Shown: positions 8,998 through 19,013, counted from the stretch's first letter. The stretch is 44,645 nt of DNA from PVC group bacterium (GCA_003561965.1 PWXJ01000162.1:1-44645); one strand, 5' to 3'. Notes: generated from the sequence alone by a model not told the origin. A program made the numbers and translations.

Positions 8998-11388
8998 TCA
9001 GTTTTCCGGACCCGCCGGGCGGGCGGTTGCCTCCGAGTCCAGGGCGGGAAGGATGACCTGAAAGGTCGTTCCCACCTCCGGCTCGCTCTCGACGGTGATC
9101 GCGCCCCCGTGACCCTGAACGATCCCCAGCACCGCCGCCAGTCCCAGCCCCCGGCCGGTGAACTTGGTGGTGAAGAAGGGTTCAAAGACCCGGAGCCGGG
9201 TCTCCTCGTCCATTCCGCAGCCGTTGTCCGAAACCCGGAGACGGACATACTCCCCCGGCTCCAGCCCGCCCTCCGGATCCAGGAGGCGGAGTTCTTCCGA
9301 GGAATAGCCGACCCTCCCGGTGGTCACGGTGACCACGCCGCGCCGCTCCCCGATCGCCTCCGAGGCATTGATGACCAGGTTCATCACCACCTGGCGGAGC
9401 TGGGTGGGATCCCCCTCGATAACCGCCGGCTGGAGGCCGTACTCCAGGACCACCCCCGAGGAGGTCGAACTCTTGAGCAGGGGGGCCAGCTCCCGGATCA
9501 GGGAGGCCAGGTCGAGCGGCTCCCGCTCCAGGGAGGCCCGGCCGGCGTAGGCCAGCATCTGCTTGCAGAGCTCGGCCGCCTGGCGGGAGGCGACCGAGAT
9601 CTCGGTCAACGACTCCCGCGCCGGGGAGAGCGACCCCGTCTCGCGCAGGGCCAGCTCGGCGTTGCCCAGGATCACCATCAGGATGTTGTTGAAGTCGTGG
9701 GCGATCCCCCCGGCCAGGACCCCGAGGCTCTCCAGCCGCTGGGTCTGCTGGAGCTCCCGCTCTCTCTCGAGTTTCTCCGCCTCAGCGCGCTTGCGCTCGG
9801 TGATATCCGTGGAGATTCCCGCCAGGGCGATCGGATTATCTTGCTCGTCCGACACCACCTGGGTGCGGCAATCCAGGATGACTTCCCGGCCATCGGCTGT
9901 CCGGTTGACGATTTCTCCCCGCCACGACCCCTGCCGCAGAGTTTCTTCAAGCACTTCCCGCTGGACGCCTCCCCGTTCCGGAACCTCGCCATATTTTTCC
10001 GTGGATTCGCCGATCAGGTCCTCGCGGGAGTAACCCAGTGCCCGGGCTTCGGCCTTGTTGACATAGGTGATGATGCCGTCGAGGTCGGTTACGGTCACGA
10101 AATCTCCGATCTGGTCGAGCACGAGCGCCTGCAGACGCAGCTGTTCCTCCACCCGCTTGCGCTCGGAGAGGTCGACGTCGATACAGAAGAGCATCGGCTC
10201 CGACTCCTCGGCGCAGACCGCGGTGTGGATGGAGTGGACCAGGACCCGGGAGCCGTCCTTCCGGCGGAGGCTGACCTCGCCGGCGGGCATAAACTCGCCG
10301 GATTCTTTCAGCCCGGCGCACATTTCCAGTCCCTTCCGGAAAAGATGCCGCAGTTCTTCGGGGATGATCAGGTCACCGAGGTTCTTCCCCAGGGCCTCTT
10401 CCGCGGAATAGCCGTAGACCCGCTCGGCTTCCCGGTTCCAGTAAACCACCGTCCCATCGGACCGGTAGCCCTGGATGGCCAGGGGGGCGTAAAAGAGGAT
10501 GTTCTTGAACCGCTCCTCGCTCCGGAGCAGTTCTTCCTCCGCCCGCTTCCGTTCCGTGATGTCTTCGTGGATCAGCACCAGGTTTTTGATGTTCCCCTCG
10601 GCGTCGAGCAGAGGGAAACCCGAGGCTCGGATCCACATAGGGTTGTCAGGCAGCCGGGGGGATACCAGCCGGGTGTTGTAATAAAACTCGGGAAAATGAA
10701 CCCGCTCGCCCGCGGCCAGGCGTTTCATCTGATTCCGGTAAATCTCGGAGCGATCAAAATTCGGGTCGCTGAGTATCGTGTAATCCGGCGGCGGGGCGAC
10801 GCCGAACAATTCCACAAACGCCGGATTGACCCGCTCGGTGTACCCTTCGGGGTCGAGCAGCTGTATGGAGTAAGGCGCCGAGTCGATGATGCCGCTGATC
10901 GTTTCTTTCGATACCCGCAGTTCCTCTTCGACCATCTTTCGCTCGGTGACATCGACCTGAACGCCGAAGTGTCCGGTTATCCGGCCTTGACCGTCATAGA
11001 GGCAGGTATAATCCCCGTCGATGACGATCGGGGTCCCGTCCAGCCGCCGCTCCCGGGTTTCGACCCGCCGGCGGCCCCGGTCGAAGAGCCCGCGCCAGAT
11101 CCGGCGGGCCTGGCCGAGGTCGTGTCGGAAGAGCTCCCCAATGGTGATGCCGACGAAGTCCTCCTCCCGGGCCCCGTACTGGTCGAGCATCGCCTGGTTG
11201 ACCAGGGTCATCCGCTGGTGTTCCAGCACGTAGTCGAGGGCCTTCTCCTTGTCCACCCCGTCGTGCCACTCGAGCGGCTCGTCGAGCATACAGATAAAGA
11301 AGCCGTGGAGCGACTGGGAGAAGAATAACTCAAGAATCTCCTTCGGCAGTGCCGGGTGTCCGGGATCGGGGAAGTTCTGATTATTCAT
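8998..11388 (-). CDS. Soluble multi-PAS sensor histidine kinase (no receiver)
   Basis: Four PAS/PAC units ending in DVTERK/DITERK/DLSERK/DITERK; LAGGIAHDFNN H-box, NLVINASEA, DNGCGM, FFTTKFTGRGLGL. Confidence 0.9.
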   Translation of the reverse strand: MNNQNFPDPGHPALPKEILELFFSQSLHGFFICMLDEPLEWHDGVDKEKALDYVLEHQRMTLVNQAMLDQYGAREEDFVGITIGELFRHDLGQARRIWRGLFDRGRRRVETRERRLDGTPIVIDGDYTCLYDGQGRITGHFGVQVDVTERKMVEEELRVSKETISGIIDSAPYSIQLLDPEGYTERVNPAFVELFGVAPPPDYTILSDPNFDRSEIYRNQMKRLAAGERVHFPEFYYNTRLVSPRLPDNPMWIRASGFPLLDAEGNIKNLVLIHEDITERKRAEEELLRSEERFKNILFYAPLAIQGYRSDGTVVYWNREAERVYGYSAEEALGKNLGDLIIPEELRHLFRKGLEMCAGLKESGEFMPAGEVSLRRKDGSRVLVHSIHTAVCAEESEPMLFCIDVDLSERKRVEEQLRLQALVLDQIGDFVTVTDLDGIITYVNKAEARALGYSREDLIGESTEKYGEVPERGGVQREVLEETLRQGSWRGEIVNRTADGREVILDCRTQVVSDEQDNPIALAGISTDITERKRAEAEKLERERELQQTQRLESLGVLAGGIAHDFNNILMVILGNAELALRETGSLSPARESLTEISVASRQAAELCKQMLAYAGRASLEREPLDLASLIRELAPLLKSSTSSGVVLEYGLQPAVIEGDPTQLRQVVMNLVINASEAIGERRGVVTVTTGRVGYSSEELRLLDPEGGLEPGEYVRLRVSDNGCGMDEETRLRVFEPFFTTKFTGRGLGLAAVLGIVQGHGGAITVESEPEVGTTFQVILPALDSEATARPAGPEN

Positions 11389-11400
11389 TTGTCGGGCTTC

Positions 11401-14400
11401 CTATCCGCCGCCGGGCAGCCATTTCTTCAGGACCTTCTCCAGGGCGGGGAGGGTGATCGGCTTGGGGAGGTAGTCGTTCATCCCGGCCTGGAGGCAGCGG
11501 TCGCGGTCACCCTTCAGGGCGTGAGCGGTCAGGGCGACGATTGGGATCCGGTGGTCGAGGACTCCGGAGGCGGGGTCGCGGATCTTTTCCGTGGCCTGGA
11601 GGCCGTCGAGCACCGGCATCTGGACATCCATCAGGACCAGGTCGAAGGGCTCTTCGGACAGAGCGGCCAGAGCCTCCCGCCCGTCGACGACGACCCGGGG
11701 ATCGTAACCGAGCTTCTTCAGCATACCGCGGACCACCTTCCGGTTGACCGGGTTGTCCTCCGCCACCAGGATCCGCCCGGACCGCCGGGGCGAGGGGACC
11801 TCCCCTTCCGGGGCGGGGACCGATGACGGCGCGGGAGGAGGAGGGTCCGCCCCCTCGAGGGCGGAGACCAGGACCCGGAGGAGGTCGGCGCGGCGGACCG
11901 GCTTGGAGAGGACGGCGGCGAAGCCGGGACCCTCCCCCCGGGACGGGCCGGGCCGGCCGAGGGAGGTCATCAGGACCAGGGGCAGCGGGGGGATGGCCGG
12001 GTCGGCCCCGATCCGTTCGGCCAGCTCCCCGCCGTCCATCCCCGGCATCATCATATCCAGGATCGCCGCCCGGTAGGGGTCGGACGACGCGGCCGCCCCC
12101 CGCAGTTCCTCCAGGGCCCCGGCGCCGGAGTCGGCCTCTCCGGGCCGCAGGCCCCAGCGGAAGAGCAGCGAAGACACCAGTTTCCGGTTGGTCGGGTTGT
12201 CGTCCACCACCAGCACCCGGGCCGAGCGATGGCCGGAGAGAGCCTCGCACCCCGGAACCCGGGTCGAGGAGACGGCGTCCAGGGCCTCGAAGCGGGCGGT
12301 GAACCGGAAGGTCGAGCCCCGCCCGGGTTGGGATTCGACCGAGATCTCCCCGCCCAGCAGCCCCGCCAGCTGGCGGGCGATCGTCAGCCCCAGTCCGGTC
12401 CCCCCGTGGCGGCGGGTGGTCGTTTCGTCGGCCTGGGTGAAGGGCTCGAAGATCCCCGCGAGGTGCTCCGGGGGGATCCCGATCCCGGTGTCGGCGACCG
12501 AGAAGCCGAGGACCGCCAGGTCCCCCTCTCTTCGCTTCAGGGATACCTCGACCGTCACCGAACCTTGATCCGTGAACTTGACGGCGTTGCCGACCAGGTT
12601 GTTGAGGACCTGCCGCAACCGGGCCGGGTCGCCCTTCAGCCGGGTCGGGGTTCCGGGGATCACCCGGCAGACGAACTCCAGGCCCTTGGCCCCGACCGGG
12701 GCGGCCAGGGCGGAAGAAAACTTCTCCAGTTCCTCCTCCAGGTCGAACTCGACCGTATCCAGGTCAAGCCGACCGGCTTCGATCTTGGATAAATCGAGGA
12801 TCTCGTTGATCAGGGTCAGCAGCGCCTCCCCGCTAGCCTCGATGATCTCGGCGTAATGGCGCTGCTCCGGGTTGAGCGGACTGTCCAGGAGCAGCCCGGT
12901 CATCCCCAGGACCCCGTTCATCGGGGTCCGGATCTCGTGGCTCATATTGGCCAGGAAACGGCTCTTGGCCAGGCTGGCCTCCTCGGCCTTCTTCGTCATC
13001 CGGTTGGCCCAGTCCAGGGCGGCCTGGAGCCGCCGGGTCAGCTGCTCCAGCTCCGCGGTCTTGGCCCGGAGGACCTCTTCGGCGCGCTTGCGTTCGGTGA
13101 TGTCCCGGATGATCGCCACCACCCGCTCCTCCCCGTCGATCTCGACCAGGGAGTTGCTGACCTCGATCGGGATCCGGCGGCCGTTTTTCGCCAGCTCCTC
13201 CGTCTCGATGTAAGTCCCGGGGGCGACCGTCTCCGGTCGGATGGTCGGCGGGAGCCCGGAGCGGGCCTCGGGGGGGAGGAGGTCGGAGACCCGCATCTTC
13301 AGCAGCTCCTTCCGGCGGTAACCGAGCAGGTCGCAGCCCGCCCGGTTGACGTCGACGATCCGCCCCTCCGGGGTCTCGATGAAGATCGCGTCCTGGGCCT
13401 GATTGAATACCGTCTGGAAGCGCACCTCGTTCTCCCGGACCTGCCGGAAGGCCCGGCGGATCTGCTTTTCGGCCCGGCCGGTGACCACCCAGAGGAGGGA
13501 GAGGACCGCCCCGCTCAGGGCCGCCGCCAGGGCCAGGTTAAGGAAGAGGACGGTCTCGTCCTCGGCGGCTTCCAGGGTGACATCCCGGAGGACGAAGATC
13601 GCCCCCACCGGCCGGCCGGCGGCGTCGGGGATCCTGATCATACCCCCGGAGAAGACCCTGCCCTCGTGTCGGAGTCCGACCGGTTCCCCCTCTCCCGGTC
13701 CGCCGGCCAGCCCGGCGGACCAGATCTCCTCGATCCCCTCCGGGGTACGATCGAGGGTCATATTGACCACCGCCACCCGGGAGAATTCGTCCCAGCTCCC
13801 GGCCAATCCCAGCGCTTCCCTCCCGTCCTGGAAATTCTCCCGGGTGGTGTGCTCCTTGTCGACAAGGGTGATGACCTCGGCCCCCAGGGCTCGGGCGAAG
13901 AGCCCGGCCAGGTGCTCGACCTCCAGCCCGAGCTTGAGAAAATCGGAGACCCGGCCGTCCGCCCACCGGGGACGGGCGTAGCGGAGCGTGAAGGTGCCCA
14001 GGGTGCCCATCTCCAGGCCCCAGGCGTCCTGCCCGGTCCGGGCGGCCGTCTCCAGGATCGTCCGCTCGGGTCGGTCGCCCCGGCAGGACGGATCGCAGAC
14101 CCGGAGGTGCCAGCTCAGGTCGGAGTCCGCCAGGTAGAAATGGCTGACCCGGTGGTTCCGCCGGAGCTCCTCGAGCAGGGGGGCCGCCCGGGAGGCCAGC
14201 TCCTCGCGGTCCGGCCAGGGTGCGGCCAGGGCGGGGTGCTCCTGGACCCGGTCGAGGACCGCCCCGAGGACCCGGGCCTCGCTCTCCAGCAGCCGGCTCC
14301 ACTGGCGGCGGGCCTGACCGGTCACCCTCCGGGCCGTCCTCCGGGACTCCTCGGCCCGGTGGAGTAACTGGTAGACCGCGAAGAGGGCCAGGAGCAAGAC

Positions 14401-15117
14401 GGCGGCCGCGCAGGTGGGGGCGAAGATCCAGGCCCGGAGCCGGAACCTACCGGACTCCAGGTCCCGGCGGTGCCGGAGGGCGAACGCCGCCGCCCCGGAG
14501 AGGACCAGGAGCAGGACGAGGGAGGCGGCCAGGGGGACGCGCCGGGCGGCAGCCAGTCGTCCCCGCCACTCGCCGGCCAGGATGTCGATCCCCACCGCCA
14601 GGATGACCTCGCCGGTGGCCGGGTCGAAGACCGGGGTCAGGGCGGAGACGAAGCTCCCGTATTCGTCCCGGTAGGGGCCGAAGACTTGGGAACGGCCGGT
14701 TTGGAAGACCTCCGCCAGTTCCGGGGGCGGCTGCCGGTAGACCGTCCCCGGAGGGCTGGCCATCGGGTCGTCGGGGGGATAGTCTTCGGGGCCGAAAACG
14801 AAGCGGCCGTCGAGGAGGGTCAGGCTGTAGATGCCCCGCTGTTCCCCGTTGATTCCGGCGGCGATCATCCTCTCCCGGAGATATTCAAAGGCGGGGGTGC
14901 CCCGGTCGGCTTCGGTAAAGGAAAGCTGCCTGACCAGTTCCGGGTTGAGCGAATCGGCCAGGGTCAGGACCCGGCTGAGCAGACGCTCCTCCAGCTCGGC
15001 CGCGGCCAGGGCGGCCCGGCGCTCCCCGGCCCGCCAGCCGGCCGCCAGGATCAGCCCGGCCGCCGCCAGCGCCGCCAGGCCGCCGGTCAGCCTTTTTCTG
15101 GTGATCACAACCTTCAT
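11401..15117 (-). CDS. Membrane-bound hybrid histidine kinase (Cache-like sensor regions, PAS, HK, two receiver domains)
   Basis: TM segments, FLANMSHEIRTPMNG, NLVGNAVKFT, GGTGLGL, two REC domains (LDMMMPGMDG, MDVQMPVLDG). ATG 15117 forms an ATGA overlap with the upstream stop. Confidence 0.9.
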   Translation of the reverse strand: MKVVITRKRLTGGLAALAAAGLILAAGWRAGERRAALAAAELEERLLSRVLTLADSLNPELVRQLSFTEADRGTPAFEYLRERMIAAGINGEQRGIYSLTLLDGRFVFGPEDYPPDDPMASPPGTVYRQPPPELAEVFQTGRSQVFGPYRDEYGSFVSALTPVFDPATGEVILAVGIDILAGEWRGRLAAARRVPLAASLVLLLVLSGAAAFALRHRRDLESGRFRLRAWIFAPTCAAAVLLLALFAVYQLLHRAEESRRTARRVTGQARRQWSRLLESEARVLGAVLDRVQEHPALAAPWPDREELASRAAPLLEELRRNHRVSHFYLADSDLSWHLRVCDPSCRGDRPERTILETAARTGQDAWGLEMGTLGTFTLRYARPRWADGRVSDFLKLGLEVEHLAGLFARALGAEVITLVDKEHTTRENFQDGREALGLAGSWDEFSRVAVVNMTLDRTPEGIEEIWSAGLAGGPGEGEPVGLRHEGRVFSGGMIRIPDAAGRPVGAIFVLRDVTLEAAEDETVLFLNLALAAALSGAVLSLLWVVTGRAEKQIRRAFRQVRENEVRFQTVFNQAQDAIFIETPEGRIVDVNRAGCDLLGYRRKELLKMRVSDLLPPEARSGLPPTIRPETVAPGTYIETEELAKNGRRIPIEVSNSLVEIDGEERVVAIIRDITERKRAEEVLRAKTAELEQLTRRLQAALDWANRMTKKAEEASLAKSRFLANMSHEIRTPMNGVLGMTGLLLDSPLNPEQRHYAEIIEASGEALLTLINEILDLSKIEAGRLDLDTVEFDLEEELEKFSSALAAPVGAKGLEFVCRVIPGTPTRLKGDPARLRQVLNNLVGNAVKFTDQGSVTVEVSLKRREGDLAVLGFSVADTGIGIPPEHLAGIFEPFTQADETTTRRHGGTGLGLTIARQLAGLLGGEISVESQPGRGSTFRFTARFEALDAVSSTRVPGCEALSGHRSARVLVVDDNPTNRKLVSSLLFRWGLRPGEADSGAGALEELRGAAASSDPYRAAILDMMMPGMDGGELAERIGADPAIPPLPLVLMTSLGRPGPSRGEGPGFAAVLSKPVRRADLLRVLVSALEGADPPPPAPSSVPAPEGEVPSPRRSGRILVAEDNPVNRKVVRGMLKKLGYDPRVVVDGREALAALSEEPFDLVLMDVQMPVLDGLQATEKIRDPASGVLDHRIPIVALTAHALKGDRDRCLQAGMNDYLPKPITLPALEKVLKKWLPGGG

Positions 15118-17180
15118 ATCTCCGGCGAGGGGCACTGATCCGGCTGGTCCGTATCGGGTTGTCCCGCCTCTTCCCCGGCCGGGAGGAGACGGGAGAGCAG
15201 GCCCCGGAGGCGGCCGAGGGAATAGGGCTTCTGGAGGATCCCGTCCAGGTCGCGGCCGGCGAAGCGTTCGGCCAGGTCGGCCTCGCTGTAGCCGCTGGCG
15301 ATCACCACCCGGGCCGACGGGTCGATCTTCCGGATCTCCTCCAGGGCTTCCCCGCCGTCGAGACCGGGCATCGTCAGGTCGAGCAGGACCAGGTCGATCT
15401 TCTTCCGGTCTTTCCGGAAGGTTTCAACCGCCTCCTTCCCGTCGGCGGCGGTGATGACTTCCAGCCCCAGCCGGTGGAGGACCTGGGAGCCCAGGGCCCG
15501 GAGGGTCTCCTCGTCCTCGGCCAGGAGCACCGTCCCCTTCCCCCGCCAATCCAGACCCCCGGCGACGGAGCCGCCATCGGAGGGGGCCGGCGCCGCCTTC
15601 CCGGGGTCGAGGGCAGGGAAAAGAACCCGGAAGGTCGTACCCTTTCCCGGCCTGCTTTCAATCCGGAGTCCCCCCCCGTGGCTCCGGACGATCCCCAGCA
15701 CCGCCGCCAGCCCCAGTCCCCGTCCGGTGAACTTGGTGGAGAAGAAGGGCTCGAAGAGCCGCCGGCGGACCTCTTCGTCCATCCCCGTCCCGGTATCGGC
15801 CACCTCGAAGAAGACGTAGAGCCCCGGTTCCAGGTCGTTGCCGAACTCGGTCCGTTTCAGTTCTTCTCCGTCGCAGAGCACGGCGCCGGTGGAGACGGTG
15901 ATGAAACCGCTGCGGTCCTCGAGGGCCTCGGAAGCGTTGATCAGGAGGTTCATCACCACCTGCCGGACCTGAGAGGGGTCGGCCTCGATCGGCGGGAGCC
16001 CCTCCTCGAGCTGGAGCTTGAGGACCGCCTTCTTGGAGATCGCGGCCTTCAGCAGATGGGTGATCTCCCCGACCAGGCGCTTTAAGTTAACCGGCTGGCG
16101 GACGAACGAAGACTTGCCGGTATAGGCGAACATCTGCCGGCAGAGGTCGGCGGCCTGGCGGGCGGAACCGGTGATCTGATCGAGATTGACCCGGGCCGGG
16201 GAGTAGGACTTGACCGACTCCAGGGCCAGTTCGGCGTTGCCCAGAATCACCATCAGGATGTTGTTGAAGTCGTGGGCGATCCCCCCGGCCAGGACCCCGA
16301 GGCTCTCCAGTTTCTGGGCCTGCTGGACCTGCCGTTCCAGCTCCCGCCGCTCGGCCTCCGCCTGTTTCCGGCCGGTGATGTCGATGGCCAGCTCGAAGCG
16401 GACGTCGCGGCCGTCGGGCCACCGGATCACCCGGTCGATGATCTGGTAGTCGCGGTCAAGTTTCGGATTGTGGTATTCCCAGTAATAGGGCTTTCCGTCG
16501 AGCTTCCGGATGATCTCGTTGGTGCAGAAGTCGCAGGGCTCCTCCCGCCCCTGGAGTACCCGGTAACAGGTCTTCCCGGTCAGCGATTCCCCGAAGTCGG
16601 CCTCGGTCGCCCGGTTGGCGAAGAGGATCTCGTGGGTGTCCATATCGGCCACGTAGATCGCCTGGCCGATGCTGTTGAAGATCGAGAGCAGCCGGCCGTG
16701 TTCCTCCCGGAGTGCCTCCTCCGCCCGGACCCGGGCGGTGATGTCACGGACGAACTCGACCACCCCGGTGACCTCCCCGGTGGCCGGGTCCTTCATCGGG
16801 TAGGCGAAGAGCTCCAGCCGCTCGGCCGGGGAGCCGGGGAGACCGGGGACGATATCCACCTCGGTCCGGCCGGACTGGAAACACCGCCGGACCGGGCAGA
16901 GGGAGCAGGGTCGTTTCCGGCTGTGGTAGGCTTCGTAGCACTTCTTTCCTTCCAGGGGGAGGTTGGCCCGGTACCACTCCTTCATCACCGGGTTGACGTG
17001 GCGGACGGTCAGGTCGGGGTCGAGGATCGAGATCCCGTCCTGGATGGTGTTGAGGACGTCGTCGATCAGCCGGCGCTCGCCGCCGCCGGCTTGAGCCAGT
17101 TCCCGCTTCAGGCGGGAGATCTCGCCCTGGAGTTCTTCCCGGGAGGGCGGGGAGGACTTTTTCTTTTTCGGGGCGGTCAT
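15114..17180 (-). CDS. PAS-domain hybrid histidine kinase with C-terminal receiver (CckA-like)
   Basis: Two PAS domains carrying GKKCY..PCSLCP and GKTCY..PCDFC Cys motifs; AHDFNN H-box; REC LLDLTMPGLDG. Confidence 0.9.
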   Translation of the reverse strand: MTAPKKKKSSPPSREELQGEISRLKRELAQAGGGERRLIDDVLNTIQDGISILDPDLTVRHVNPVMKEWYRANLPLEGKKCYEAYHSRKRPCSLCPVRRCFQSGRTEVDIVPGLPGSPAERLELFAYPMKDPATGEVTGVVEFVRDITARVRAEEALREEHGRLLSIFNSIGQAIYVADMDTHEILFANRATEADFGESLTGKTCYRVLQGREEPCDFCTNEIIRKLDGKPYYWEYHNPKLDRDYQIIDRVIRWPDGRDVRFELAIDITGRKQAEAERRELERQVQQAQKLESLGVLAGGIAHDFNNILMVILGNAELALESVKSYSPARVNLDQITGSARQAADLCRQMFAYTGKSSFVRQPVNLKRLVGEITHLLKAAISKKAVLKLQLEEGLPPIEADPSQVRQVVMNLLINASEALEDRSGFITVSTGAVLCDGEELKRTEFGNDLEPGLYVFFEVADTGTGMDEEVRRRLFEPFFSTKFTGRGLGLAAVLGIVRSHGGGLRIESRPGKGTTFRVLFPALDPGKAAPAPSDGGSVAGGLDWRGKGTVLLAEDEETLRALGSQVLHRLGLEVITAADGKEAVETFRKDRKKIDLVLLDLTMPGLDGGEALEEIRKIDPSARVVIASGYSEADLAERFAGRDLDGILQKPYSLGRLRGLLSRLLPAGEEAGQPDTDQPDQCPSPEI

Positions 17181-17205
17181 CTCTCGCCTGAAGCCTGGTG
17201 GGGAG

Positions 17206-17241
17206 AAAGGACTTAAAAGACGAAAAGGACCTCAAGGACAC
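17206..17241. repeat. 9-bp tandem micro-repeat, family AAAGGACNN, copy 4 (4 units)
   Basis: AAAGGACTT AAAAGACGA AAAGGACCT CAAGGACAC in the leader of the kinase cluster. Confidence 0.85.
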
Positions 17242-17244
17242 ATT

Positions 17245-17285
17245 AACTTAACACTTCAGACCGGCTTCTGTCAAACTATTTTGAC
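17245..17285 (-). promoter_or_regulatory. Probable promoter of the kinase cluster with an overlapping palindrome
   Basis: Minus strand TTGACA (17274-17269), 18 nt, TGt-TAAGTT; perfect GTCAAA-CTAT-TTTGAC at 17270-17285. Confidence 0.5.
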
Positions 17286-17306
17286 GTGAGGAAGCGGTTG
17301 CCCAAT

Positions 17307-17849
17307 TTAGAGGATAAAGACCGCGGCGGCGACGGTGGTGGTCCAGAGGCCGTTGCGGTCGCCCTCGGCCGACTGGCAGATATTGGTGGTGGTGATGATC
17401 TTGCCCGAGGCCCGGTAGATCTGTTTCCGCTCGTCCCAGGCGGTCTCGGGGTCGAACTCGATCCCCAATGTGGTGGCGAGCATCGTCGCCGCCAGGTCCT
17501 CGGCGTATTCGCCGGATTTCTTCGCCGTCTCCCCGTGGGCGTGGTGCTCGGAGAGATACCCGTAGCCTTTCTTCCGGGCCGGCCTGGCCACCCCGATGGC
17601 CGAGGAGACCAGGCGGTTGGGCTCGTTCGTATCGTTGCGGGCCAGCACCACGAAGACGATCTGGCCGGGCTGGAGGAGTTCTCTCCCCTCCCGGCCGGTC
17701 AGTTTCCGGCAGCCGGGGGGGAGGATGCTGGAGACCTGGACCAGGTTGCACTTCTCGATCCCCGCCTTGCGCAGGGCCATCTCGAACGAGGCCAGCCGGT
17801 CCTTGTGGACCCCGACCCCCTTGGTCAGGAAATACTGTTTCGGGATCAT
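17307..17849 (-). CDS. pdaD: Pyruvoyl-dependent arginine decarboxylase
   Basis: [13 protein letters not shown]...[27 protein letters not shown] (Ser-Ser cleavage site), [19 protein letters not shown]; ATGA-coupled to the DHS-like gene. Confidence 0.92.
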   Translation of the reverse strand: MIPKQYFLTKGVGVHKDRLASFEMALRKAGIEKCNLVQVSSILPPGCRKLTGREGRELLQPGQIVFVVLARNDTNEPNRLVSSAIGVARPARKKGYGYLSEHHAHGETAKKSGEYAEDLAATMLATTLGIEFDPETAWDERKQIYRASGKIITTTNICQSAEGDRNGLWTTTVAAAVFIL

Positions 17850-18877
17850 CGGCTTTCCTCCTCGAGGATGTCGGCGTAAGCCCTCGGTTCTCTCCGCCGC
17901 CAGTCCGCCCGGTGATAGACGTAGCCGGCCAGCAGCGGCAGGGCGATGGTCGCCTCGGAATAGACCATCTGCTCGTAAACGTCGTCCACCTTGCCCCAGG
18001 AGTGGGCTTCCTTCAGGGTGGACCCGGAGAGAGCCCCGTCGCGCTCGTCGGCCACGGTGATCTGGATCGCGTAGCGGTGCATCGAGGGGTTTTCCTCGAG
18101 GATATCGGCCGCGACCACGATGTCCTGGGCGAAGTTCTTCGGCACCCCGCCGCCGATCATCACCAACCCGGTCTCCCCGGCCTTGATCTTGAGCCGGGTC
18201 AGCTCGAGAAAGTCGCGGGCGCTGTCGATGGTCACGGCGGCCTTTTTCCCCCGCCGGTGCTGGTGGGCGACCAGGCCGAAACCGGCCGAACAGTCGGAGA
18301 AGGCGGGGACGAAGACCGGGACCGCCCGCCGGTGGCACTCCAGGGTCAGGGAATCTTCCCCCTTCCCCTCCCGCTCCAGGTACCGGCCCAGCTCCCGGAT
18401 GAACTCCCGGGAGGAGTAGGGGCGGGGGGGGAGGGAATCGGCAATCTTCTCCACGGTATGATCGCAGACCCGCAGCTCTTCCTCGTCGATGAAGGTGTCG
18501 TAGATCCGGTCGATCATATTCTCCCGGAGCAACTCGTCGTCGATAAACGGCGTCCCCCGGTAATGCCGGAAACCGAGCGCTTCGAAGAAATCCTGGTCGA
18601 CGATGATCGCCCCGGTGGAGACGACGGCGTCGACCATCTTGTAGCGGACCAGATCCCGGACGACGGTCTTCAGCCCGGCGGAGAAGAGGGAGCCGGCCAG
18701 GCAGAGGATAATCGCGCAGTCCTTATCGGCGATCATCCGCTCGTAGATCCGGCAGGCGGCGGCGAGGTTGCGGGCCTGGAAGGCCATCTTCCCGTAGGCC
18801 TCGATGAGCGGGGCCGGGTCGAAGGCGGTGATGTCGATATGTTCGACCGGGGTGTTGAGAAGATCCTGGCGGTTCAT
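17846..18877 (-). CDS. Deoxyhypusine synthase-like protein (SpeY-type homospermidine pathway enzyme)
   Basis: [57 protein letters not shown] with the catalytic Lys; start at ATG 18877. Confidence 0.9.
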   Translation of the reverse strand: MNRQDLLNTPVEHIDITAFDPAPLIEAYGKMAFQARNLAAACRIYERMIADKDCAIILCLAGSLFSAGLKTVVRDLVRYKMVDAVVSTGAIIVDQDFFEALGFRHYRGTPFIDDELLRENMIDRIYDTFIDEEELRVCDHTVEKIADSLPPRPYSSREFIRELGRYLEREGKGEDSLTLECHRRAVPVFVPAFSDCSAGFGLVAHQHRRGKKAAVTIDSARDFLELTRLKIKAGETGLVMIGGGVPKNFAQDIVVAADILEENPSMHRYAIQITVADERDGALSGSTLKEAHSWGKVDDVYEQMVYSEATIALPLLAGYVYHRADWRRREPRAYADILEEESR

Positions 18878-18946
18878 TTCTATTCTCTCCAATCGTGATC
18901 CGGCGGCCCGGGCGGGCCGGACCGGCCTCTGGTTAACCAAGCGTGT

Positions 18947-18975
18947 ATGTTATGAATAATTACCGGGACGCGCAA
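18947..18975 (-). promoter_or_regulatory. Sigma70-like promoter for the DHS-like and ArgDC genes
   Basis: Minus strand TTGCGC-17 nt-TAACAT. Confidence 0.5.
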
Positions 18976-19013
18976 CCAATTCCTCCCCGGCCGGAATCCG
19001 GGAAAAAATAGTA

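Noticed and set aside
8545-11328. 927-aa plus-strand ORF and the many other long overlapping or antisense ORFs (e.g. 2305..3759, 12856..14367, 38615..40270)
   Set aside because: Shadow frames of real genes in high-GC DNA, with no motifs, RBS or plausible composition.
659-17241. CRISPR array interpretation of the recurring AAAGGAC repeats
   Set aside because: Units are 9 bp, directly tandem, without spacers, kilobases apart, and no cas genes are present.
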